From sequence record NZ_CP110908.1: a DNA stretch of 64,000 nt; one strand, given 5' to 3'. Of this stretch, positions 19,560 through 28,576 are shown one piece after another. The notes beneath the pieces were generated by a model that was not told the origin of the DNA, ran no database searches, and saw only the letters and a list, made by a program, of their open reading frames with translations. The first letter of the stretch is position 1. Each line of letters begins with the position of its first letter. The translations under genes were made by a program, and so were the position numbers. Source of the DNA: a plasmid.

Positions 19560-19760
19560 ACATACATATCCATAGTATGTGGCGAGTATACCATTAAAAA
19601 AATCAGAGTATAGTCGCGAGTATGTAGCCCATAAAAAGCAGAGTATACTCGCGAGTACACTCTATATAACAACCTGAAAATGCTTAAATACTCTAATCAG
19701 AGTGTGATGAACACTCTGATTAGAGTATAGATAGAGTGTACTTATACTCTATTTTAAATC
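19560..19760. promoter_or_regulatory. TraM-binding (sbm-like) palindromic repeats and the traM promoter region
   Basis: Repeated motifs: GAGTATAGTCGCGAGTATG, AGAGTATACTCGCGAGTACACTCT, and a long palindrome ctctaatcagagtgtgatgaacactctgattagag. Confidence 0.6.
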
Positions 19761-19820
19761 GCTCTGTTTAAAATACATCGTTAAAAAAATCATAACCAAC
19801 TGTTTTAAAAGACAAATCAT

Positions 19821-19860
19821 GCAAGATTAAATCTTGCGACGGGTGTGGGACTTTGATGTT
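19821..19860 (+). other. oriT: oriT core: inverted repeat gcaagat-taa-atcttgc followed by the nick-like sequence GCGACGGGTGT/GGGACTTTG. Predicted nic is about 19846/19847 on the + strand.
   Basis: Same architecture as F oriT (GCAAAAACTTGTTTTTGCGTGGGGTGT^GGTGCTTTT). Strand polarity is consistent with leading-region genes being transcribed toward oriT. Confidence 0.55.
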
Positions 19861-19976
19861 AAGGAGCAGGCATACAGAAATATACCTGCCGGGAAGAATT
19901 CAGTATTTCCGGGCATTGCCGTTTTTTATCAAAAATGGCACTCTGGCTAAAGAAAAGATAATGAGGAATAGCTGAC

Positions 19977-20432
19977 GTGAGGAAAACTCTGATTACAGGA
20001 CTACTGGCGATGACATTTTCTGTTAATGCGCAGGACTGTTTTGAAATGGCGGGAAGAGATTATCGGATCGAGCCGGATCTGTTACGGGCGATTTCGTTCC
20101 GTGAGTCGTCCTGGCGTGATAATGCGCTCAACGTTGTATCACAGAGCGAATATGCTGTCGGTAAGATGCAAATACACTCACAAAACTTTTCGCATCTGGC
20201 TCAGTTCGGGATCACTCCCCGACAACTTTATACTGACAATTGCCTTAACATTTACACTGGCGCTTACTACCTTGCCATTGCTTTTAAACGCTGGGGATAC
20301 TCATGGCGGGCTGTAGGGGCTTATAATGCAGGATTTCGTGAAACGGAAGTACAGGAGAAAAAGCGCCAGCAATATGCAAAAGAAATTCAGGCAATTTATG
20401 TTGCCATCAAAAAAAATGCGCCACCAGAGTGA
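19977..20432 (+). CDS. Lytic transglycosylase (F orf169 / gene X, R1 gene 19 homolog)
   Basis: Signal peptide. SLT-domain motifs ...AISFRESSW..., ...AYNAGF.... Confidence 0.8.
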   Translation: MRKTLITGLLAMTFSVNAQDCFEMAGRDYRIEPDLLRAISFRESSWRDNALNVVSQSEYAVGKMQIHSQNFSHLAQFGITPRQLYTDNCLNIYTGAYYLAIAFKRWGYSWRAVGAYNAGFRETEVQEKKRQQYAKEIQAIYVAIKKNAPPE

Positions 20433-20442
20433 CGCACCTGTT

Positions 20443-20973
20443 TTAATCGATAGCCCGCCATATCAATCCACGTTCCGGATGTTGAATAAGACTGACATAA
20501 TCCTTCAGCGCATCCTGACGGGCGACAAGCTGTTTACAGACTTTCGCATATTTATCTCCCATATCCGCCGCCTGCCAGGACAGCCAGTTCATTATCATCA
20601 ACGTTGCAATAATTCCTGCAGCATCAGCACTGACCTCTGACTCAAAATAATTACCGGGGACACACATGTTATAATGTTGTTCTCCTGCTGGTGCGATATA
20701 CCCGGTTTGTGTTGTGGTGAAGATAATTCTGTTCGGGGCCACATTGCCACCAACACCCTGCGGAATGATCCAGTAATTCCAGAAGCCGCCATCATAATCT
20801 GAATGCTGGCGTAACCAGCTGGCGATCATATTGTCAGCGGATGGTGTAAAAAAAAGAGCAGGGATAAAATCAAGTCGTTCATCACCATCGGTTACACAAT
20901 AGCGCTGAAATTTATCTGTTTTAAATTGTTCGGCTGATTCACGAGTGGCGGTTTTGACGTTAATGGTGTGCAT
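20443..20973 (-). CDS. KlcA/ArdB-family antirestriction-like protein (long paralog)
   Basis: 176 aa. Shares the ...[20 protein letters not shown]... motif region with the KlcA-like gene at 32286-32714. Confidence 0.55.
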   Translation of the reverse strand: MHTINVKTATRESAEQFKTDKFQRYCVTDGDERLDFIPALFFTPSADNMIASWLRQHSDYDGGFWNYWIIPQGVGGNVAPNRIIFTTTQTGYIAPAGEQHYNMCVPGNYFESEVSADAAGIIATLMIMNWLSWQAADMGDKYAKVCKQLVARQDALKDYVSLIQHPERGLIWRAID

Positions 20974-21365
20974 TCAGGTTTTCTCCTTATGGATTTATTA
21001 AATCGTTCGACTTCATCACTGAGCGGCAAAGGGCAATGAATAAAAAGGCGTGCAGCGCTTATATACCCTTTTATTTATTCCTGGCTGATGCTAAAAGCAG
21101 CCCTCTGCGAATTGATGAAAGAGACAAACAGAAGAATGCCGGATGAGAGGTGACAGGCAGGAATAAATAATAATATGACAATTATGCGTCTGAGTAATAT
21201 GTGCGGCGTGTAGCGCAGCAGGTATTACCCTGCGCCGCAGGCGCGCGGCCTTTGACAGCAGTCGGGCAGGTTAACGTCGAACGCGTTACGGGAATAGATA
21301 TTGCGAACAAAACCATCAGTACGCAGGGTCATATTTTTACGTGTCATCCTCGTTTCCCCTCTCAC

Positions 21366-21575
21366 TCAGGATTTGTTAAAAATTTCAGACAGTGCGCCAC
21401 GGATGAAATACAGACAGGCATCTGTGCGAGTGAACTTATCGCCGTAATGCGCATGAGCTTCCTGCACACAAGCCACGTTGTAGTGCCCACGGTCGATAAT
21501 CCGTGCCATTTTTTTCACCCATCTTTTGGTAGATTCTTTGGTGGCGGTTTTGACCTTGACGTTCTGTGTGTTCAT
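21366..21575 (-). CDS. Small ORF (69 aa) whose N-terminus and 5' leader duplicate those of the adjacent ardB-like gene
   Basis: MNTQNVKVKTATKES vs MHTINVKTATRES. The upstream leaders share gggtatataa...gccctttgccgc. Confidence 0.3.
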   Translation of the reverse strand: MNTQNVKVKTATKESTKRWVKKMARIIDRGHYNVACVQEAHAHYGDKFTRTDACLYFIRGALSEIFNKS

Positions 21576-21920
21576 CCTGCGTTTCCTCTTGTCTGGTGAT
21601 TAATCCATCTTTCGGTGAGTTCCCTGGCGGCAAAGGGCAAAGTAGCGACGACGTACGGAGGAAGGAAAGGGGCGGAGACAAAAGTTTTTGCGGCCCCAGG
21701 CAAAAAGTTTTGGCGGAGTTTATATACCCCTTGGATGACGACACGGCGGTGCTACGACCAGCCCTCCGCCCGGGGAACTCACCGAAAGATGGATTACCAG
21801 AGGCAGGGAAAGAGGATGAACACACCCGACACGGCGGAACGGCGTGGCGACATCAGAGTGACGGCAGTCTTATCGCCGGCACGGTGAAAAGCGGCGCATC
21901 CGTTTACGGATGCAGCAAGC

Positions 21921-22045
21921 GAGGGGTTGGTGTTGCGACAGCCTGGGATGGACACCCGCTGCCCCAAAGGAGCCGGGCAGAGACAGCATTGCTGGCTCTG
22001 TGCGAAGCATGACAGCCCCGGTTCCCGTCAGGGAAGTCGCCCGGG
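21921..22045. repeat. Leading-region repeat family 1, short copy (putative ssDNA promoter, Frpo/ssi-like)
   Basis: About 125 bp, near-identical to 30975-31098. Confidence 0.5.
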
Positions 22046-22483
22046 AATGGCTGTGATACCCGCCAGTTCAGTAGCCAGACCTGCCAGCGTATAGTTTTTT
22101 TTATCCAGCACATCAGCCCGCAGCAGCAGACTGTTAATCAGAAAGGTATCCAGCACCGGCATTCTGTGCAGACATGTCATTCGTAGCCCGCTGGCAGACT
22201 GCAGCAATATCATCCAGTGGCCACAGGCTTCTCCGGGGCTGGTCAGCATGAAGAAGTGCCGACAATGCGGTGGTATATACCGCAGACAAACTGGCCATAC
22301 TCCACCATACTCACAGAAAATTTCAGGTGAAGCCACCCAGCCCTCCGGCAAAAGCAACTCCCCCGCTACGGCCTGCGTCAGCACCTGACGTGACGACCAG
22401 CCATCAGCGCGAAATTGTTCAAAATCCCCGGGAGTCATGGAAACCAGCGCCGGTAATGTCAGTCCTGTATTCAAATTCGGCAT
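22028..22483 (-). CDS. Hypothetical leading-region protein (151 aa)
   Basis: ORF downstream of psiA. No family recognised. Confidence 0.35.
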   Translation of the reverse strand: MPNLNTGLTLPALVSMTPGDFEQFRADGWSSRQVLTQAVAGELLLPEGWVASPEIFCEYGGVWPVCLRYIPPHCRHFFMLTSPGEACGHWMILLQSASGLRMTCLHRMPVLDTFLINSLLLRADVLDKKNYTLAGLATELAGITAIPGRLP

Positions 22484-22593
22484 CCCTCTATTACCTCTGT
22501 TATTACTGAATTCTGCATGCGCAGCATACCCGGTATCGTACCTGACTTCGCTCCCCTGCTCACTTTTGGGTCAGCAGGGGATAATAACCTGAC

Positions 22594-22920
22594 TCAGCGG
22601 GGAGACTTTTCGCGGAAATACGCCGGGCGAGCTTCCAGTTCACGCCTGATAAATTCATCAGCAAACAACGGCGCGATACGGTTTACACGGCGTTCCAGAT
22701 TCCGCCGACGGGCAGCCGCTTTCCGCTCATCACTCCAGCGCCGGACCTGCCTTTCATCCAGAAAATCGACACACACCGCATACCCTGCGCCCGCCACCCA
22801 ACGGGACATCACCGACTCAGGTGCGGGCTGCCCTGCCTCCACCAATTCTGACACCAGTTCCTGCGGTCCGGGACACGGTGTCCGGGGCAGTCTCCAGCGC
22901 AACGAGTAACGCCACTTCAT
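22594..22920 (-). CDS. Hypothetical leading-region protein (108 aa), Arg-rich
   Basis: Overlaps the psiA stop (ATGA). Confidence 0.35.
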   Translation of the reverse strand: MKWRYSLRWRLPRTPCPGPQELVSELVEAGQPAPESVMSRWVAGAGYAVCVDFLDERQVRRWSDERKAAARRRNLERRVNRIAPLFADEFIRRELEARPAYFREKSPR

Positions 22921-23645
22921 GCCTGACTCCGGTGCATCAGCTTGTTGGGGACCATCCAGCGCTCCAGTTGTCTGACCGGTTCCGGGCTTTCTTTAGCGAG
23001 GGCATCAGATTCAACCATCACACTCCAGAAGGGCTGATTCACCATCATCCAGCGTTCCATTGGTGCCAGCGACGGAAAACGCTCGCTCCAGCGCCAGAAC
23101 ATTTCCTCCAGGTCGTACTGGTGCAGTTCAGTACCCGACCAGCGGGCGCTCCAGCTGCTGACCGTTTCCGGGGTATGAAAAGCCAGCTCAATTTCCGCCT
23201 GCCCCGCCAGCGCCTGATACGCCGTTTCGCGCTGGCACGCCTCCTTCCGGCGCTGGCGGGTGTATTTTTCAGCCCCCAGTTCACTGTGCCGGCGGGTACG
23301 CTCCTGCATCTGAAACTTCGTTTCCGGGAACAGTCGCCAGCCATCCGACAGCGACAGGGGCAACCAGCAACACGCGCCCCGGCTTTCAATCAGCCGGTCG
23401 ATAGCCGCCAGCCAGTCCTGTTTATTTCCCCGCAGAGACTGTCCTGTCAGCCCCGGAGAGAACCAGCCGATATCCTTTACGGTGACACGCTTACTGCCGT
23501 TCAGGATGCGGAAAAAGGCATGGGCATACGCAAACTCCACAACATGAGCATCCCTTTCATACTTGTGCTCCACCTCTGCGATGGCCTGCATTGCAGCACG
23601 ACGCTCATGACTCAGGGGGACCAGTGACAAACTCGCCGGGATCAT
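22917..23645 (-). CDS. psiA: PsiA
   Basis: ...LVPLSHERRAAMQAIAEVE...FAYAHAFFRILNGSKRVTV... aligns with F PsiA. Confidence 0.8.
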   Translation of the reverse strand: MIPASLSLVPLSHERRAAMQAIAEVEHKYERDAHVVEFAYAHAFFRILNGSKRVTVKDIGWFSPGLTGQSLRGNKQDWLAAIDRLIESRGACCWLPLSLSDGWRLFPETKFQMQERTRRHSELGAEKYTRQRRKEACQRETAYQALAGQAEIELAFHTPETVSSWSARWSGTELHQYDLEEMFWRWSERFPSLAPMERWMMVNQPFWSVMVESDALAKESPEPVRQLERWMVPNKLMHRSQA

Positions 23646-24073
23646 TGTGCACCCTCCATCGCCAGAACACTGATAATGCTGGCCTGACTGTAGCCATCGG
23701 CATCGAGGCGGGCGACGAGACTCAACGTGTGGCTGATAACCTCCGGCGACCAGGCTGGCAGCGTGCGCATAACAGAGAACGGGCGACCACTGGCAGGAAT
23801 AAACACCACCATCCAGGACGGGCTGATATCACCGGGGCTGCACACTGCCAGGCTGAAATTGCCGTGGGAGGGTGTGAAACGGATCTGCACCGGGAAAAAA
23901 CCGCCGAACTCGCTGCGGTACTCGCCGTTCAGGTCCCAGTGAACCGGGCAGTCAAGGTCACGCATCACGGCATGGGTCAGTTCGCGGCGTAAATCTTCGC
24001 CACCGTCGCGCCAGTCTTCAAACTCCTGGGGGATCATGGTGTTCAGTACATCGGGGGTAATAATGTTACGCAT
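23642..24073 (-). CDS. psiB: PsiB, plasmid SOS inhibitor
   Basis: ...RRELTHAVMRDLDCPVHWDLNGEYRSEFGGFFPVQIRFTPSHGNFSLAVCSPGD... is near-identical to F PsiB. Confidence 0.85.
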   Translation of the reverse strand: MRNIITPDVLNTMIPQEFEDWRDGGEDLRRELTHAVMRDLDCPVHWDLNGEYRSEFGGFFPVQIRFTPSHGNFSLAVCSPGDISPSWMVVFIPASGRPFSVMRTLPAWSPEVISHTLSLVARLDADGYSQASIISVLAMEGAQ

Positions 24074-24118
24074 AATGTTCTCCTTAAATACCGCCCCGTA
24101 ACGGGGCGGCCTCCGTTA

Positions 24119-26170
24119 TCAGGCTGCGTCGTGCAGGGTGTGGGGGCTGTCTGCATCAAAAGCCGCATCGGGTGCATCAGTACTGCCGTTTTCAGTATCA
24201 GATACGTCGTTTTCTGCATCAGACGGGGATTTTTCTGCATCAGGGGCGCGCATCCAGACAGGCACCCATCGTGTACCGGAAAGACACTGTTCAGCATGGC
24301 TGGCGGCATCTCCTTTCTTCATACTCCCGATATCTGACGCGGCCCCTGACAGTCCGGCCTCTTTCAGCGCCTCCACAATCTGGTTCTTACTCAGCAGACT
24401 GAGGAAGTTTGCCGCCGTTGGCTGCCACCAGTCGCGCAGGTTGAACCCGATTGCCGTTTCAACGCCATCGAGGTCGCTCTGTGTCGTATGCCCCATTGTT
24501 CTGGTCTGCACGCCATCGACAGAACAGGCTGTACAGAAGACCATCAGGGACATCAGCATCTTTCCGTCAAGGGTAAAAAAGGTGGTGAAATCCTTTTTCC
24601 AGCCTTCCGGCAGCAGCGCCTCCAGACGGGCTTTTTCCTGCATCAGACACAGCCATGCCTGACCACTCTTTCCGGTCGGAGCCTCACTCGTGAGTCCGCT
24701 GTGGTGTACCTCCAGACGCATAACAAATGGATCACGGGTGGTGTTGCAATAGTCGAAAACGCAGGTACACAGCCGCCATACCATCAGGGCCACAGCTTTT
24801 TCGGGCTGCTGTACCAGGGCGGCCTGCACTGCCAGCGTTCTTTCTGAAGACATCTTTTTGAGCAGCGGGGCGCTGATCCCCTCCGTCACATCCGGCTTGC
24901 TGCTGACCACATGGAGGGAGCCGCCACTGCCATTATCTTCCTGCCCTTCTTTCGCCTCGTTCTGAGGCTTCTTCTGCACCCCACGCTGGACACAAAGCTC
25001 ACCGTCATACAGGCTGACCACCACGCCACAGGCTGATTTCTGCTCCGGCGTCCACGCCCGGATCGATGCCGCATTTTCAATTTCGTCAATCAGCACCTGA
25101 ATCGCGGCTTCATCCTCAAACGTTTCTGTGGCCTCCTGAGTGACGTACAGTTCATCAAGACGCTGCTGTTCGTCAGCGGTGTACTGTGCTTCCGGCTCTG
25201 GTAACAGCAGATAATGTTCGCGGTCATCACCGTAGTTTCTGACCGCGCCCTCCCGGGCCAGTGACCATGACCATCCTTCATGCAGTTCGATTGCCAGTGC
25301 GGCGGACTCAAGCTTCTCCTGCACCAGTCGTTCGACCAGCACACCGTCTGCCGTACCATCACCCTCCTGGGCGCTGAACAAATCCTCACGCACCACGCCC
25401 CCTGCAGACTCATACATTTCACGCCCGATAAACACGAAGCGGGAGTGGTTCACACCGATTTCGGTGTCCGTGATGGCGCGTTTAAGCATGTGCGCGGGGG
25501 CATAGCTGTGCTGCGCCTTCACACGCTCGTAAATCTCCACCTGACGCACCGGATCATTCTCCAGACTCAGTGCCTGACACTGCTCCACATCGAGCCTGTT
25601 CTCTGCCAGCAGGACGAGAAGTTCCGGGGCAAGGTTCGCCAGCTTCAGCATTCGCTGGACGTGGCGCGAGCTGTACCCCAGCTGGTCACCAATCTGCGCC
25701 GGCGTCTTACCCTGCTCAGACAACGTGCGAAACCCGCTGATTTGTTCTGCCGGATGCATCGCCGCCCTCTGGTTGTTCTCCACCATTGAGGCGACCACCG
25801 CCAGGTCGTCGCTGACGCGCTTGACGACAACGAGATACCCGGCATCGATGCGCTGTTCGCTGAGTAACAGTTGCAGGGCAGCAAGACGACGACCGCCCGC
25901 AGCAACGCCTGACAGGCCATCAGGCAGCGAGTGAACCACCAGATTCTGGATCAGGCCGACCGCGAGAATGGAGTCAGCCATTTCCCTGACACTCTCATCC
26001 GGGTACGGAATAATACGGACGTTCAGCGGGGATTTGACGAGCGCCGACAGCGGCACCATTTCAATCTGAGCGGCCTCAAGCGCCGCCTTAAGGGCTGCGG
26101 CTTCGGCAGGTTTAACCGTTTTTTTGCTGGTTTTCGCGGGGGTTTTTGCTTTAGACTCGGTTACTGACAT
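24119..26170 (-). CDS. ParB/Srx-like nuclease-domain protein of the leading region (683 aa)
   Basis: N-terminal ParB-like domain (...VREMADSILAVGLIQNLVVH...GGRRLAALQLL...). Typical large leading-region ParB-like protein. Confidence 0.75.
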   Translation of the reverse strand: MSVTESKAKTPAKTSKKTVKPAEAAALKAALEAAQIEMVPLSALVKSPLNVRIIPYPDESVREMADSILAVGLIQNLVVHSLPDGLSGVAAGGRRLAALQLLLSEQRIDAGYLVVVKRVSDDLAVVASMVENNQRAAMHPAEQISGFRTLSEQGKTPAQIGDQLGYSSRHVQRMLKLANLAPELLVLLAENRLDVEQCQALSLENDPVRQVEIYERVKAQHSYAPAHMLKRAITDTEIGVNHSRFVFIGREMYESAGGVVREDLFSAQEGDGTADGVLVERLVQEKLESAALAIELHEGWSWSLAREGAVRNYGDDREHYLLLPEPEAQYTADEQQRLDELYVTQEATETFEDEAAIQVLIDEIENAASIRAWTPEQKSACGVVVSLYDGELCVQRGVQKKPQNEAKEGQEDNGSGGSLHVVSSKPDVTEGISAPLLKKMSSERTLAVQAALVQQPEKAVALMVWRLCTCVFDYCNTTRDPFVMRLEVHHSGLTSEAPTGKSGQAWLCLMQEKARLEALLPEGWKKDFTTFFTLDGKMLMSLMVFCTACSVDGVQTRTMGHTTQSDLDGVETAIGFNLRDWWQPTAANFLSLLSKNQIVEALKEAGLSGAASDIGSMKKGDAASHAEQCLSGTRWVPVWMRAPDAEKSPSDAENDVSDTENGSTDAPDAAFDADSPHTLHDAA

Positions 26171-26238
26171 AGTTGATACCTCACTGGATATTGATGACTG
26201 TCCGGCCCTGCGGAGTTAGCGCTCCGGCAGGGCACCTC

Positions 26239-26472
26239 TTACTGCTGTTTACGAATGCCGTAACGTTCGATGTAACGGTTAAGCCAGATCCCGGCATCCG
26301 CTTCAAAATTCCATGCCTGCCACACCATTTCGCCGTTCTGACGAACGACCAGGCGAAAATGCGAACCCTGATCGTCTTCGATGGCGACATTTTCAAACTG
26401 TGCCACCACTGCTTCCGCCTGTGCTCTGGTGAAGGTGTCATCTGGTAACGGTCCGGCGTTATAAATGCTCAT
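26239..26472 (-). CDS. Hypothetical small protein (77 aa)
   Basis: ORF between ssb and the ParB-like gene. Confidence 0.4.
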   Translation of the reverse strand: MSIYNAGPLPDDTFTRAQAEAVVAQFENVAIEDDQGSHFRLVVRQNGEMVWQAWNFEADAGIWLNRYIERYGIRKQQ

Positions 26473-26523
26473 ATTTTCTCCTTTTACTGCCCCGCTGGTT
26501 GCGGGGCGTATTCATCATGCTGG

Positions 26524-27084
26524 TCAAAACGGGGCATCATCATCCATCGGTGGATAATCGTCCGGTAACGGCTGCGGCACCTGCTGAGACGGTGCGGCGC
26601 TCTGACGGCCTTTTCTGCCGCCCTTCGCTTTCGGGGATTTTTCAGGAGTGCCAGCTGGTTGTGACGGAGTGGCTGGCGTCTGCGGTTGTGCGGACTGCTG
26701 CTGCGGAGCCGTGCTCTGAGACTGACCGCCGTCACGACGACCACCCAGCATCTGCATAGTGCCGTTCTGTCCGACAACGATTTCAGTGACATAACGTGTC
26801 ACGCCGCTGTCGTCCTGCCAGTTTCGGGTGCGCAGTTGCCCCTCGACGTACACCTGAGCGCCTTTGCGCAGATACTCGCAGGCCACTTCCGCGAGCTTGC
26901 CAAACAGCACCACGCGATGCCATTCGGTGTTTTCGCGCATCTCTCCGGTCTGTTTATCGCACCAGGACTCCGAAGTGGCGAGGCTGAGGTTAGCGACCGC
27001 GCCGCCATTGGGCATGTAACGGACTTCTGGGTCCTGGCCCAGATTACCCACGATGATGACTTTGTTGATGCCGCGTACGGTCAT
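26524..27084 (-). CDS. ssb: Plasmid single-stranded DNA-binding protein
   Basis: [41 protein letters not shown]...[14 protein letters not shown]... Gly/Gln-rich tail ending DDDAPF. GGAG RBS. Confidence 0.9.
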   Translation of the reverse strand: MTVRGINKVIIVGNLGQDPEVRYMPNGGAVANLSLATSESWCDKQTGEMRENTEWHRVVLFGKLAEVACEYLRKGAQVYVEGQLRTRNWQDDSGVTRYVTEIVVGQNGTMQMLGGRRDGGQSQSTAPQQQSAQPQTPATPSQPAGTPEKSPKAKGGRKGRQSAAPSQQVPQPLPDDYPPMDDDAPF

Positions 27085-27100
27085 GATGAATCTCCTTCCG

Positions 27101-27575
27101 TTTGTTTTGCTTTTAAAAACCATCACCCGTTGAGTTGCCGGGGCCGCGGTTTTGACGTTTTGCGGGGACCTGCTGAACACTCCCGCTGGTTATTACCTTC
27201 ACCCGTTTGAGAGCCGTTCGCCGCAAGGGCGTAAACGACCACGGCCCGGTGCAGGTGTCCGGGGTGAGCGGTCAATTTTTTACGGTCTAATGAAGCCTGC
27301 GGAATGGCCGGAAAAAATTTATCGCGAAAGGCTTCGCCGTCCCTGGACAGCCAGGCGGGTTGTGGTTGTCTCAGCCCCGGCGAAAGGACTCAAAAGGGTG
27401 AAAAAACCAGGCAAGGAATGAGCAGGCCCCCGCCGCAACGACGGAAAGCGCGGGCGCGAAACGGCGTTGCGCCTTACAGCCCGGCGGCAGTTTGCCGGGG
27501 TGCGAAAAGCGCAGGAAACGGCGCGCCAGGGGCGGCGTGACCGGAACGGTCGCAGCAAGCCTGCTTTTGACTTTC
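27101..27575. repeat. Leading-region repeat family 1, long copy A (putative Frpo-like ssDNA promoter) immediately upstream of ssb
   Basis: About 450 bp homologous to 30585-30985. Contains a TTGACG -35-like box and extensive dyad symmetry. Confidence 0.5.
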
Positions 27576-27966
27576 GCCATCAGACCCTAGCCGTATGGCC
27601 CGAAACCCGCAGGGATTCGGCGGAGACTGGCAGGTGCGCAGCAACTGCCCTGGCGGAGTGGGGCTCGACGACTGGACAGCGCCAGCTGGCCAGGAGCCGA
27701 AGGGGGCCAGTACCCTGATATTTCAGATTTCAAAAACACAGGGAAGCAGCAGCATGAAAAGGAACCGGAACAGGAACAGAAAACATCACCCTGTGAAACA
27801 GCAGAGAAAGCTCTCACCCGACAGACAGTCCAGCCAAAGAGACCATGAACAGACGCGGATGGAGGGCGGCGGCGCGAAGCGCGGCCCCCTTCAGCGCCGC
27901 AGGCGCGCGGCTTTTTCCGGCGCGGACAGACGGGGGCGTCCTCCCCCGCCCGGCTCACAGTGCCCG

Positions 27967-28530
27967 TCAGTTCTGAATTCTGAGAAGGACGGTTGATACA
28001 TCGGTATACGTGAATGTGCCACGCGGCAGCGGCTCCCAGACATCAGACAGGGGTTTCAGGATCTTCTGCTGGCGTGGCCCGTTCAGACAAACCGCCGTCA
28101 GTATTCCGCCTGATTCGAGCAGCGTTAAGGCGTGCTGTATGTGGCGGATATCCTGCGCATGCTGAAACGGCGGATTCATCAGGATTTTGTTCCAGAGGCT
28201 TCCCGGCTTGTATTCCAGAAAATCCCCGCACCGGACGTTAACGCCCGGAAACGCCGCTTGCAGATGTGCGGCTAACGCGGCGTTAAGCTCCACGGCGTCA
28301 CACCGTGCCAGCGGGGCCACCTCCCGGATGGCCCGTAAAATGGCCCCCGTTCCGGCCTCCGGCTCCAGAATACGATCAGAATCGTTAAGCTCTGCCAGGT
28401 CAGCCATCTGACGACAGACCGGATCGGGAGTGACGAAAAGCTGCGAGCTGGCCCGGATTTCGGCCACGGGGGTGCGTCCGTCAAGTCTGGCCCGCATCGC
28501 CTGAATACGGTCCCTGAGTTCACTATGCAT
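27967..28530 (-). CDS. Orphan N6-adenine DNA methyltransferase
   Basis: Motif I EPEAGTGA and motif IV NPPF. Confidence 0.75.
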   Translation of the reverse strand: MHSELRDRIQAMRARLDGRTPVAEIRASSQLFVTPDPVCRQMADLAELNDSDRILEPEAGTGAILRAIREVAPLARCDAVELNAALAAHLQAAFPGVNVRCGDFLEYKPGSLWNKILMNPPFQHAQDIRHIQHALTLLESGGILTAVCLNGPRQQKILKPLSDVWEPLPRGTFTYTDVSTVLLRIQN

Positions 28531-28576
28531 ATGAATGGCCCTTACCTCCCCGGCGTAATGCCGGGGAGTCTGTCGG

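Noticed and set aside
21436-22012. ORFs of 129 and 148 aa overlapping the region between the 69-aa ORF and orf151
   Set aside because: They fall within the structured repeat/leader DNA (family-1 short copy and the duplicated leader) and have no coding features. Treated as noncoding.
22821-23627. 268-aa + strand ORF
   Set aside because: Antisense to psiA, which has clear homology.
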